Source: Chloroflexota bacterium (GTDB lineage: Bacteria > Chloroflexota > Anaerolineae > Aggregatilineales > J027). From it: a stretch of 64,000 bases of DNA. This document shows positions 9,282 to 17,702 of the stretch, in pieces (the first letter of the stretch is position 1; the number at the start of each line of letters is the position of its first letter). The DNA is taken from positions 150,165 through 214,164 of the forward strand of contig QMIT01000009.1 in the NCBI GenBank assembly GCA_024434115.1, written 5' to 3'. The notes below the pieces were generated by a model. That model ran no database searches. It was not told where the DNA came from and was given only the letters and a program-made list of their open reading frames with translations. The position numbers were made by a program, and so were the translations under genes.

Positions 9282-10397
9282 ATGGCAGTTAATCAAGCAG
9301 CGGTAAAAAGTAGCCCGGTACAGAAAGAATCAAATGCGGTTGCCGTCAAATGGGGCGGTTTATTCGCTGGTGCTGTATTGCTTCTCCTTTTGACTATATT
9401 GGTGGCGGAACTTGATGATTGGATTGGTTTTACCTTCAAAGAACGGGATGTAGCCCAAAACCCCCTTGAATATCCCCTGACGGCGGTAGTGATTGGCTTG
9501 ATTGCGAACGGCCTGCTGCGGGTAACAAATCTCTATCATCATATCAAACCCGCCATCCGCACCGAGCTATTTTTGAAAGTCGGGTTGGTCATTTTGGGGG
9601 CACGTATCAGCCTTGATGACTTGGTAACAACGGGCACAGGCGGCTTGATTCAAGCCTTGATTATGGTCGCCTCAGTGTTCCTGTTTAGCTGGTGGCTCGG
9701 CGGCAAATTAAAACTGAACCCCACCCTCCGCGCTGTGATGGCCTCGGCGGTCTCGATTTGCGGCGTGTCGGCGGCGATTGCGGCGGCGGGTTCGGTTTTG
9801 GCCCGCAAAGAAGAAGTGACCTATGTCACGGCGCTGGTGATTATCGTCGCGCTGCCGATGATGGTCTTGATGCCGCCCATTGCTCACGCGATTGGTCTGC
9901 CCGATGATGTCGCAGGCGCGTGGTTTGGTGGCAATATTGACACGACTGCTGCTGTGGTAGGGGCAGGGACGATTTTCAGCGATGAAGCGCAGGAAGTTGC
10001 CGCGATTGTCAAACTAGGCCAAAACGTCATGATCGGGTTTGTGGCGTTTGCGCTGGCCCTCTATTTTGCGACGGTGGTGGAAAAGAACAAAGAGGGCGCT
10101 CAGAAACCCAGTGTCAGCATGATCTGGCAGCGTTTCCCCAAATTCGTAATCGGCTTTGTGCTGGTGTCTATTTTGGTCTCTGCCGATGCGTTTTCGCCAG
10201 AGATTGTGAAGGAACTCAACAGCGCCAATAAGTGGATTTTTGCGCTGGCATTTGTGGCAATTGGCCTCGATTTCCATGTATCCAGTATCAAAGAAATGGG
10301 CTGGCGTCCGGTGGGTGTGTTTATGGGGGCGACAGTATTTAATACGGCTCTCGCGCTGCTGGTGGCATGGCTCATTTTCGGTGTTCTGGGTTTCTAG
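9282..10397 (+). CDS. YeiH/UPF0324 putative sulfate exporter family transporter
   Basis: LKVGLVILGA, AVSICGVSAAIAA, GAWFGGNIDTTAAVVGAG, VKLGQNVMIG, FPKFVIGF. Confidence 0.9.
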   Translation: MAVNQAAVKSSPVQKESNAVAVKWGGLFAGAVLLLLLTILVAELDDWIGFTFKERDVAQNPLEYPLTAVVIGLIANGLLRVTNLYHHIKPAIRTELFLKVGLVILGARISLDDLVTTGTGGLIQALIMVASVFLFSWWLGGKLKLNPTLRAVMASAVSICGVSAAIAAAGSVLARKEEVTYVTALVIIVALPMMVLMPPIAHAIGLPDDVAGAWFGGNIDTTAAVVGAGTIFSDEAQEVAAIVKLGQNVMIGFVAFALALYFATVVEKNKEGAQKPSVSMIWQRFPKFVIGFVLVSILVSADAFSPEIVKELNSANKWIFALAFVAIGLDFHVSSIKEMGWRPVGVFMGATVFNTALALLVAWLIFGVLGF

Positions 10398-10402
10398 TCA
10401 AC

Positions 10403-10437
10403 AAAAACAGGCGAGTCAACCACTCGCCTTTTGTTTT
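10403..10437. terminator. Bidirectional intrinsic terminator
   Basis: AAAAAC-AGGCGAGT-caacc-ACTCGCCT-TTTGTTTT between convergent genes. Confidence 0.8.
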
Positions 10438-10750
10438 AATTCAGCAGTTCACCAAACTCCGCCCGAATAAACGCCTTGACACCATCAGTTCCCGTCAATT
10501 GAAGGGAAAGCGTGTCCGAATTCGCGTTGACCTGAATGGCGAAATCGAAGAATGGGCAACACAGGCGCTCCAATGAGACAAACTGCGCCAGCGGGACAAG
10601 CCACTCGGCTGAAAATTCAAAACGATAGCCATTGGATATTTCATAGACGGCACCCTTAGATGTAAACAACTGCTCGGCAAGCTGCTGATGCGCCGGACGT
10701 TGTTGGGGACTAATGGCGTTCATGTTGCAGGCGAATACAGTTTCTTGCAT
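10436..10750 (-). CDS. Small Cys-containing protein (AC...ERLCCPFF motif)
   Basis: AAGGAG RBS; FACNMNAI and ERLCCPFFDF motifs. Confidence 0.75.
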   Translation of the reverse strand: MQETVFACNMNAISPQQRPAHQQLAEQLFTSKGAVYEISNGYRFEFSAEWLVPLAQFVSLERLCCPFFDFAIQVNANSDTLSLQLTGTDGVKAFIRAEFGELLN

Positions 10751-10781
10751 GGTGATCTCCTTAAACTGATGTTATAACCAT

Positions 10782-10812
10782 AGCCTAAGGCTTCAAGCGC
10801 ACTTGAAGTCAA
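10782..10812 (-). promoter_or_regulatory. MerR-type promoter/operator
   Basis: Minus strand: TTGACT, 19-bp spacer, TAGGCT; dyad CTTCAAG-tgcg-CTTGAAG lies between the hexamers. Confidence 0.8.
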
Positions 10813-10852
10813 GAGTGGAAAAAAATCACTTTTCGGAGAGGAAACTATTTTT

Positions 10853-12274
10853 ATGGCAGGTCGGCTTACCCATTTGCGACAGCACATCAACGGGTCAATG
10901 CTGCTGGGGTCGGCGGCGGTGGCCTCAACCACATGGCCCATCGCAGCGAAGATTTTTCCCGAAAAATTGGAAGTAGATGACAATATTTCGTATTGGGCGG
11001 CCCAAACACCGGATTATGTTGCAGGTGAGCCACTGCGAAAATCCATCAAGGCGGATTTGGCGATTATCGGCGGTGGGTTTACGGGTGTTTCGACGGCCTA
11101 TCATTTCAGCCGACGTTATCCCGAAAAACGGGTCGTGCTGCTTGAAGCGAAGGCGCTGGCAAATGGGGCGAGCGGGCGCAACGGCGGCATGATGCTGAAT
11201 TGGGTCAATGGCGTGGAGACGGATGACCCTGAAATGCTGCGCCGGGTGTATGAGGCGACCAGCGGGGGGATTGACCTGATTGACGAAATCATCCAGCGCC
11301 ACAACCTAGCGGTGGATTATCGGCAGGATGGCACGGTCACGGTGTATACCAGCGCGGAACGGGCCGAGAAAAAACACGCCGAAATTGAGTGGCTGAACTC
11401 AATTGGCATTCCCGGTGAATTTTATGACCGCCAAACACTGGCCGCCAAGCTGAATATGCAGGGGGTCTATGGCGCGTGGTTTGACCCCGGCACAGGACAA
11501 TTGAATGGGGCACAGTTGATTCGCAGCCTGCGTCCGATTTTGGTGGAGCAAGGGGTCGAAATTTATGAACATACGCCCGTTTTGAAAATTCGTGAGGGAT
11601 CAACCCTTACCCTGACGACGCCTGAAGGAGAGATACAAACCGGGGCGATTGTTTTGGCGACGAACGGCTATACGGGCAAATTGGGTTATTTCCGCGAGGC
11701 CATTTTTCCGCTGCATTCACATGTGTTCGCTACTGAACCTCTTACCCCGGAGCAGCGCGAGGCATTGGGATGGCGCGAGGTGGCAGGGTATTCGGATGAC
11801 CTTGACCGGATTTCGTATTCCACCATGACCCGCGACGGACATGTGATTTTTGGTGGGGGCAGTAACCAGTCCTACAGTTATTTGTTCAAAAATCGGACGG
11901 CCTACCCCGGCACACCCGATTCGGCTTTTGCCAAGATGCAGGAAACCATACGCGAATACTTCCCCAACAGCGCTACTCTCAAAATTGCCTATCGTTGGAC
12001 GGGCACACTGGCGATTACCCTGCGGCGTAATTGTTCGATGGGGGTGCGGGGTGAACATCGCAATGTGTTTTATGCGCTGGGCTATTCGGGGCATGGGGTG
12101 ACGTTGGCAAATTTGGCGGGGCAGGTCTTGACCGATATTTATTCGGGTGATGATCAGCAGTGGCGAAAGCAGCCCTTTTATCAAGCCAAGTTCTCACCGA
12201 TTCCACCAGAACCTTTTCGTTGGATGGGGTATCAGGCATTCACACGATTGACCGGACGTTCGCCGCGTGTGTAG
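10853..12274 (+). CDS. FAD-dependent oxidoreductase, DAO/PuuB-like (gamma-glutamyl-putrescine oxidase family)
   Basis: AIIGGGFTG FAD motif, GASGRNGG, VLATNGY, FGGG, GYSGHGV. Confidence 0.85.
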   Translation: MAGRLTHLRQHINGSMLLGSAAVASTTWPIAAKIFPEKLEVDDNISYWAAQTPDYVAGEPLRKSIKADLAIIGGGFTGVSTAYHFSRRYPEKRVVLLEAKALANGASGRNGGMMLNWVNGVETDDPEMLRRVYEATSGGIDLIDEIIQRHNLAVDYRQDGTVTVYTSAERAEKKHAEIEWLNSIGIPGEFYDRQTLAAKLNMQGVYGAWFDPGTGQLNGAQLIRSLRPILVEQGVEIYEHTPVLKIREGSTLTLTTPEGEIQTGAIVLATNGYTGKLGYFREAIFPLHSHVFATEPLTPEQREALGWREVAGYSDDLDRISYSTMTRDGHVIFGGGSNQSYSYLFKNRTAYPGTPDSAFAKMQETIREYFPNSATLKIAYRWTGTLAITLRRNCSMGVRGEHRNVFYALGYSGHGVTLANLAGQVLTDIYSGDDQQWRKQPFYQAKFSPIPPEPFRWMGYQAFTRLTGRSPRV

Positions 12275-12284
12275 ATTGTGAGGG

Positions 12285-12614
12285 CTAATCCACGATAAAC
12301 AATTTAGCACCAATCTTGGTGGAAGAGCGATGGGGTTCGGCGTGATCGGCGACTTGATAGCTAATACCGGGGACGAGGATAAATAGGCGACCATCCGCCA
12401 GTTCCGTCTCCAAGCGTCCCTCAAGACACAAGAGAATATGTCCTTTTTCGCACCAGTGGTCAGCCGCATAGCCGGGGGTATATTCCACCATCCGCACACG
12501 AATATCGCCAAAGTATTGGGTGCGCCATATCGCCTTGCCAGTGACGCCGGGATGTTCAGTGGGTTCAATGTTGTTCCAGTCGGTAATGCCAAATGGAGTA
12601 TCAGTGATTTTCAC
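12285..12614 (-). CDS. DHCW-motif cupin-fold protein
   Basis: RVRMVEYTPGYAADHWCEKGHILLCLEG; GTG at 12614 overlaps the upstream TAG. Confidence 0.85.
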   Translation of the reverse strand: MKITDTPFGITDWNNIEPTEHPGVTGKAIWRTQYFGDIRVRMVEYTPGYAADHWCEKGHILLCLEGRLETELADGRLFILVPGISYQVADHAEPHRSSTKIGAKLFIVD

Positions 12615-13135
12615 TAGCGGAGGCTTTCCCCTGTATTCCTCACGGCTTCCAAGAAAGGCAGCCAATTGGTATCGGCAATGGTGCCCCCCACCTCGGCGGG
12701 AATGTACTGCACCTCAATCACCACTTGGTCGTTTTGGAAAATCGCAATCCGCCCATTAGGTAGGTTTGAGATTTGGGCAGCGGGGTATTCTTTAAAACGT
12801 GGCTGACGATCTGTTTCAAAAACCGCTCCCATCAACCGCACATCCCGTTGACGCCGATTCACCGCGACATCCGCCGCTGATGCCGTCCCATAGACATCAA
12901 TCACAATATAGACCTCAGCCAAATTGCGGGCCTCATAGGTCAGGGTGACGTGTCCGGTGCTGCCGACGGATTCCGCCGAAAGTTCGATGGTCTTGTCTTC
13001 GTCGAGGGTAAATAACCCCACTCGTGCAGGCATTCGTTTGGAGAATTCTTTGGCCTGCGATTTTGGGCCACCACAGGCGGAGACAAATAGGGTAATGCCA
13101 ATTAACAAAAGCAGAATGAATGGGGTGCGGCGCAT
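12614..13135 (-). CDS. Hypothetical lipoprotein
   Basis: Signal peptide with lipobox LFVSA-C. Confidence 0.7.
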   Translation of the reverse strand: MRRTPFILLLLIGITLFVSACGGPKSQAKEFSKRMPARVGLFTLDEDKTIELSAESVGSTGHVTLTYEARNLAEVYIVIDVYGTASAADVAVNRRQRDVRLMGAVFETDRQPRFKEYPAAQISNLPNGRIAIFQNDQVVIEVQYIPAEVGGTIADTNWLPFLEAVRNTGESLR

Positions 13136-13200
13136 TTAAGTATCCTAAGATTTTTTAGGTCAAACATGAAGGGCGGGGCGATGACCACCGCCCGATACCA

Positions 13201-13419
13201 TTAGTCAGGCAGAATTTTTGTTCCCAACAGCCAATCCAGCGGAATCAAAATTAAGAAACCCAGCGGGATGACGGTCAGCAGAAAATATTTGACGCTGTAG
13301 GTCGCAATATCAGTTCCCAGCCAGACGTATACAATGCCAAGTGAAATAATCAGGGCCAGCGTAAAGGACACAGCCCACAGTCCATAGCCGAGAACGGCGC
13401 GGGGGGATGGTTGTTTCAT
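13201..13419 (-). CDS. Small two-TM membrane protein (72 aa)
   Basis: Two hydrophobic helices; GAGGAG upstream. Confidence 0.65.
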   Translation of the reverse strand: MKQPSPRAVLGYGLWAVSFTLALIISLGIVYVWLGTDIATYSVKYFLLTVIPLGFLILIPLDWLLGTKILPD

Positions 13420-13551
13420 GGTTGCTCAAACGACTCCTCATCAACCAGCAAATTGCAAATGGGTACTTTATCAGGGCCAAATTGTAGCGAAAGGGTGAAC
13501 GGCTGGCAAGGATTGGCCCGTGAATTGTTGCACAAAGGCATGAGAGAGGGG

Positions 13552-13579
13552 AAAAAGGGCGAGCTTGACGACCCGCCCC
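13552..13579 (-). terminator. Intrinsic terminator after the acyl-CoA dehydrogenase
   Basis: Minus strand GGGGCGGGTCGTCAAGCTCGCCCTTTTT. Confidence 0.65.
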
Positions 13580-13595
13580 GCTTTCAATTTGGGAC

Positions 13596-14873
13596 TTATT
13601 GCAGTTCGCGGGAACTGTAATCGAGAATACGACGGGCCACAATCAAGAGGTTAATTTGGCCTGTGCCCTCGTAAATATCGTTGATTTTGCCGTCGCGCAT
13701 CCATTTTTCGACCAGCCAATCGCGGCTGTATCCCATCTGGCCTAGAATCTCAACGGCTTTTTGGGTGAGCCATGTGACGGCCTTGCCCGCTTTGACCTTG
13801 CACATGCTGGCCTGTAAGCTGTTATATTGCCCGTGATCGAGCATGGCTATGGCGCGAAGGGTCAGCAGTTTGGCAGCCTTGAGTTGGGCTTCCATTTCTA
13901 GGACATCACGCTGCACAGCAGTCAGTTTGTGATAGGGCAGATCGTAGGGGATTTCGATACCCGCCTCGGCTAATTTCTCTTTGACCAATTCGAGGGCGGC
14001 CCGACCTACCCCTAATGCGCTGGCGGCGACTAATGGGCGTGAGCCATCAAAGGTTGCCATCGCGCCCTTGAAGCCTTCTTTGCTGTCTTTCTGTTGGACT
14101 TCGGCACTGCCCAATAGGTTGTTATAGGGGATACGGGCATCATTAAATACGATGGAGACGGTGTTGCTGGCGCGGATGCCGTGTTTGATTTCTTCTTTGG
14201 TGACACTGACACCGGGAGTACCAGCCTCAACGACAAACGGCTTCATTCCCGCCCGCCCTGCGCTACGGTCAACGGTTGCCCACACGATGACAAGGCCATT
14301 GGATTCTTCAAGAGCCAAGCCGCCGCTGGTGCAGAAAATCTTCTCGCCGTTCAAAATCCATTCGTTGGTATCGGGGTCAAGGGTGGCGACGGTCTGAATG
14401 GCGCTGGTATCGGAGCCTGCGCCGGGTTCGGTCATTGCCATCGCACCCCACACAGGTTGATCGCCTTCGCCAAAACGACGCAACAGACGTTCTTTCTGTT
14501 CAATTGTACCAACAGCCTCAATCGCGCTGCCTGCCAGTTGGGGACTGGGGAGGCAGAGATAGACGCCGACATCCCCCCACGACAGCTCTTCCACCAGTGA
14601 CATCAATCGCAAATATTCATAACGCGGGCCGCGTTTCTCTTTTTTCTCACCGCCCTCAGAGCCGCCATTTTGGGCTTTCGCCAGCATTTTTTGGAGCGAA
14701 TGGGCTTGCTGGTCACGCAGGACGGGCCAAATCATGCTGACAAATTCGGTGGGGCGGGCATGTTCGTTTTCATCCAGTTCCCGCGAATGGGGGCGCATGA
14801 CCGTCTCGGCCACAAAATGGGTCATCTGCTGCTGCTGGACGATATTTTCGGGAATTTCAAAACTTATGGGCAT
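13596..14873 (-). CDS. Acyl-CoA dehydrogenase, FadE23-like, carrying the catalytic Glu
   Basis: AMTEPGAGSD, WILNGEKIFCT, KINDIYEGTGQI. Confidence 0.92.
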   Translation of the reverse strand: MPISFEIPENIVQQQQMTHFVAETVMRPHSRELDENEHARPTEFVSMIWPVLRDQQAHSLQKMLAKAQNGGSEGGEKKEKRGPRYEYLRLMSLVEELSWGDVGVYLCLPSPQLAGSAIEAVGTIEQKERLLRRFGEGDQPVWGAMAMTEPGAGSDTSAIQTVATLDPDTNEWILNGEKIFCTSGGLALEESNGLVIVWATVDRSAGRAGMKPFVVEAGTPGVSVTKEEIKHGIRASNTVSIVFNDARIPYNNLLGSAEVQQKDSKEGFKGAMATFDGSRPLVAASALGVGRAALELVKEKLAEAGIEIPYDLPYHKLTAVQRDVLEMEAQLKAAKLLTLRAIAMLDHGQYNSLQASMCKVKAGKAVTWLTQKAVEILGQMGYSRDWLVEKWMRDGKINDIYEGTGQINLLIVARRILDYSSRELQ

Positions 14874-14898
14874 GGGATTTCTCCTCCAAGATTCTCGC

Positions 14899-14943
14899 TT
14901 GCATCGTATTGATAAATTAGTTATAATTTAGTACAAATGTTCT
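14899..14943 (+). promoter_or_regulatory. sigma70-type promoter with downstream LexA-like box
   Basis: TTGCAT (14899) - 17 bp - TATAAT (14922); AGTACAAATGTTCT at 14930-14943. Confidence 0.6.
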
Positions 14944-14966
14944 ATGGGTGATATAGGATTAAAGGC

Positions 14967-15770
14967 ATGGCGACTTCGCAGCGCAAACTTCAAACACTTT
15001 TGGGTTTTACCGAAACGGATTTGAATGCCAACCGCAAAGGCCGACTTTCTGCCGCGCAGATCAAAGAGTTGCAGCAGCAATCGGTCTATGAATTGAAAAC
15101 GCTGCTTGGTATTCCCGTGATTCTGGCAAGCGGGGCACTGTTGACGCTGGATTTGAAGATTGCCCTGCCCGTGCTGCTGGTCATGCTGGCGATTGTGGGG
15201 GGGTTGGTAGCCCTGCACCGCGAACATTTGAAAACCATCCGTGATAAACAGGTGCATAAATTGGCGGGGCCATTGATTAAACATCCTTTGGCGAACGGCA
15301 GCATTCAATACATCATCAGTGTGGCAGGGCGACATTTGCCTGTCGAAAGAGGGATGTACGAAGAATTGTCGGACGGGTATTTTGCTGTTTATCTGCTTGA
15401 AGATTCCCATCAGATTCTTTCCATTGAACCCATCGCCAAAACCACCGTTAAAGCACCTGCCAAGACGCCAGCTAAATCACCAACGGCTAAAGTAATCACC
15501 AAAACGCCAGCTAAGACGACTTCCACCGCTAAGGTTGCGACCCGTACTACGCCGGTGGTCGCCAAAACGAGTGCTTCCAAAACCTCCAAGACGGTTAAGT
15601 CGGTCTCGTCGAAACCTGCTGCTAAAGCATCTGTTAAAGCCGCAGCAGCCAAACCAATCAAAGCAACCGCGCTGCAATCTCACGTAATGCCTGCCGCGAA
15701 ACCCGCCAAGCCGAAAGGGGTGGTCAAACCGCAACCCCCCGCCGCAATTGGACGGTCACGCACAACTTGA
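14967..15770 (+). CDS. Membrane protein with Lys/Ala/Thr-rich histone-H1-like C-terminal tail
   Basis: FTETDLNANRKGRLSAAQ N-terminus, two TM helices, then about 110 aa of PAK/TAK/VAK-type low-complexity basic sequence. Confidence 0.75.
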   Translation: MATSQRKLQTLLGFTETDLNANRKGRLSAAQIKELQQQSVYELKTLLGIPVILASGALLTLDLKIALPVLLVMLAIVGGLVALHREHLKTIRDKQVHKLAGPLIKHPLANGSIQYIISVAGRHLPVERGMYEELSDGYFAVYLLEDSHQILSIEPIAKTTVKAPAKTPAKSPTAKVITKTPAKTTSTAKVATRTTPVVAKTSASKTSKTVKSVSSKPAAKASVKAAAAKPIKATALQSHVMPAAKPAKPKGVVKPQPPAAIGRSRTT

Positions 15771-16883
15771 TTACGCAATCGCCAATCCGGTGAACATCGG
15801 GATACCCCGCGCATTACGCAGATAACGTTCGACGGGATGTTCTCGGATGAAGCCATGCCCACCCAAAACCTGCACACCGCTGTCGGTGACAAAAATGGAG
15901 GCTTTATTGGCATACTCACGGGCAAGATAGGCGGCTTGGGTAACTTCATTGACTGGTTTACCGCTGTCGGCCTGCCATGCCGCTTCCCAGACCATGAGGC
16001 GGGTGCTGTCTACCTCAATCGCACATTCCGCCAGCATAAACGCGACGGCCTGTTTGGTCGCAATCGGCTTGCCAAACTGGACACGCTCTTTGGCATAATT
16101 CTTGGCATATTCATAGCTGGCCCGCATAACACCTGTTGCCATCGCTGCGAGGCCGATATTCATATGATTGAGCAGATTTTCAAATTGTGTCCCATTCTGT
16201 CCACCCAATTCCAATTCGGCAGGCACACGCACATTATTGAACTGCACAGCATAGGTCGGCAGGCCGCGAATGCCCATTAGTTTTTCGCGTTCGCCAATCA
16301 CCATGCCCTCCGCATTGGCTTTCTCAACAATGAAGCCGTTGGTCTGACCCGTTTCGCTGTCTTTGGCATACACCAGTATCCATTCGGCGTCGGCGGCGTT
16401 GGGGACGTAGGCTTTTGCACCATTTAACACAATATGGTCGCCGTTACGGGTGGCAGTGGTACGCAGTGCATAAGGATCGAATCCAATTCCCGGTTCAATC
16501 AATGCGGCGGTGGCGGGATAGGGGGCGGGTTCACCAAACATGGGCAGGAAGCGGGCCTTCTGGTCATCTGTGCCACTGAATAAGACTGGATAGGCCAACA
16601 GAGCAGGGGTCATCAATTTTAGGGCAGTAGCAAGGTCGCCATAGGCCAATTCTTCAAGGGCGAGGGCGTTGGTTACGGCACTATAATCACCAAAACCACC
16701 CAATGATTCGGGGATACTGGCGGGGAGCAGGCCGATTTCCCAGCCTTTTTGTAAGACGGCATCGGGAATATCGCTGTGTTCATCCATTTCGTGGGCGTTG
16801 GCGTGCAAATCGTTTTCGGCATAACGATTGATAGCATCCACCAGCATTTGTTGTTCTTCGGTAGGGGTAAAATCCAGCATCAT
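15771..16883 (-). CDS. Acyl-CoA dehydrogenase-like subunit, FadE24-like, apparently lacking the catalytic Glu
   Basis: TEEQQML N-terminus, LNGAKAYV, ERVQFGKPI, QVLGGHGF; MFTG replaces IYEG. Confidence 0.88.
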   Translation of the reverse strand: MMLDFTPTEEQQMLVDAINRYAENDLHANAHEMDEHSDIPDAVLQKGWEIGLLPASIPESLGGFGDYSAVTNALALEELAYGDLATALKLMTPALLAYPVLFSGTDDQKARFLPMFGEPAPYPATAALIEPGIGFDPYALRTTATRNGDHIVLNGAKAYVPNAADAEWILVYAKDSETGQTNGFIVEKANAEGMVIGEREKLMGIRGLPTYAVQFNNVRVPAELELGGQNGTQFENLLNHMNIGLAAMATGVMRASYEYAKNYAKERVQFGKPIATKQAVAFMLAECAIEVDSTRLMVWEAAWQADSGKPVNEVTQAAYLAREYANKASIFVTDSGVQVLGGHGFIREHPVERYLRNARGIPMFTGLAIA

Positions 16884-16952
16884 TTCTTCCTAAACTCCGA
16901 TTGATAGGTAATTCAAAAAATCAAAATTGGGTCAGCCTGTCGCTCACCGTAA

Positions 16953-17576
16953 TTAATTTTTGGCTTCGGGTACTTGAGCAGGGCTAAGGGCAGCGATAAA
17001 GGTATTCGACATTTCATCAGCGATCTGTTCCCCGGTCAAACGCCCTCCTTCTCGATACCACACCCCGACCCAGTTGTGTGCGCCGAGAATGGTTTTGGTA
17101 AAGATTGGCACATCCACTTGGCGAAATATCCCGGCGTCTATGCCTTCTTGAATGACTTGGGTGTAAAGCTGCTCAAAGCTATCGCGGCGTTTGAGATAGG
17201 CTTTGCGGGCTTCGGGGTTTTCCAAGATGGTGCGGGTTTCAAAGACCAGCGCCGCTGCGACAGAGGTGTTCTGGGCCAGACCCAAAATATTGGCGTAGAT
17301 GACCTTTCGCAGTTTTTCATCGGGCATCAGGGTGTTGTCATCCACGACGGCTTGAACTTCGGCGGTGATTTGGTCAAGGCCTTCGTTTAATACCTCGATC
17401 AAAATCTGCTGCTTGCCATCAGGGAAATGGTGATAGAGACTGCCCGCTGTTAAATCTACCTCGGCGGCGATGTCGGACATCTTGGCGCCGTGATAGCCTT
17501 TACGCCGGAAGACATTGGCGGCTGCCAACAAAATATCCAGCCGATTAACGGACTGTTCCGCAGGTTTACGTGCCAC
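16953..17576 (-). CDS. TetR/AcrR-family transcriptional regulator
   Basis: ILLAAANVFRRKGYHGAKMSDIAAEVDLTAGSLYHHF HTH. Confidence 0.93.
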   Translation of the reverse strand: MARKPAEQSVNRLDILLAAANVFRRKGYHGAKMSDIAAEVDLTAGSLYHHFPDGKQQILIEVLNEGLDQITAEVQAVVDDNTLMPDEKLRKVIYANILGLAQNTSVAAALVFETRTILENPEARKAYLKRRDSFEQLYTQVIQEGIDAGIFRQVDVPIFTKTILGAHNWVGVWYREGGRLTGEQIADEMSNTFIAALSPAQVPEAKN

Positions 17577-17648
17577 GAAAATTTCTTTCTCTATAAAAAA
17601 TAATCAAATCGTGATTTAATTATACAGGGCCTTGTCCAGTTTTCAAAC

Positions 17649-17683
17649 AAAAAAGGCGACCCATTTTTGATAGGCCGCCTTTT
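17649..17683. terminator. Intrinsic terminator
   Basis: AAAAAAGGCG...CGCCTTTT downstream of the minus-strand gene 17703-19268. Confidence 0.7.
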
Positions 17684-17702
17684 CAGCGCTGAAAATTATG
17701 AT

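Noticed and set aside
13518-13535. Rex-like operator CCGTGAATTGTTGCACAA
   Set aside because: Three mismatches to TTGTGAA-N4-TTCACAA and no evidently redox-related target
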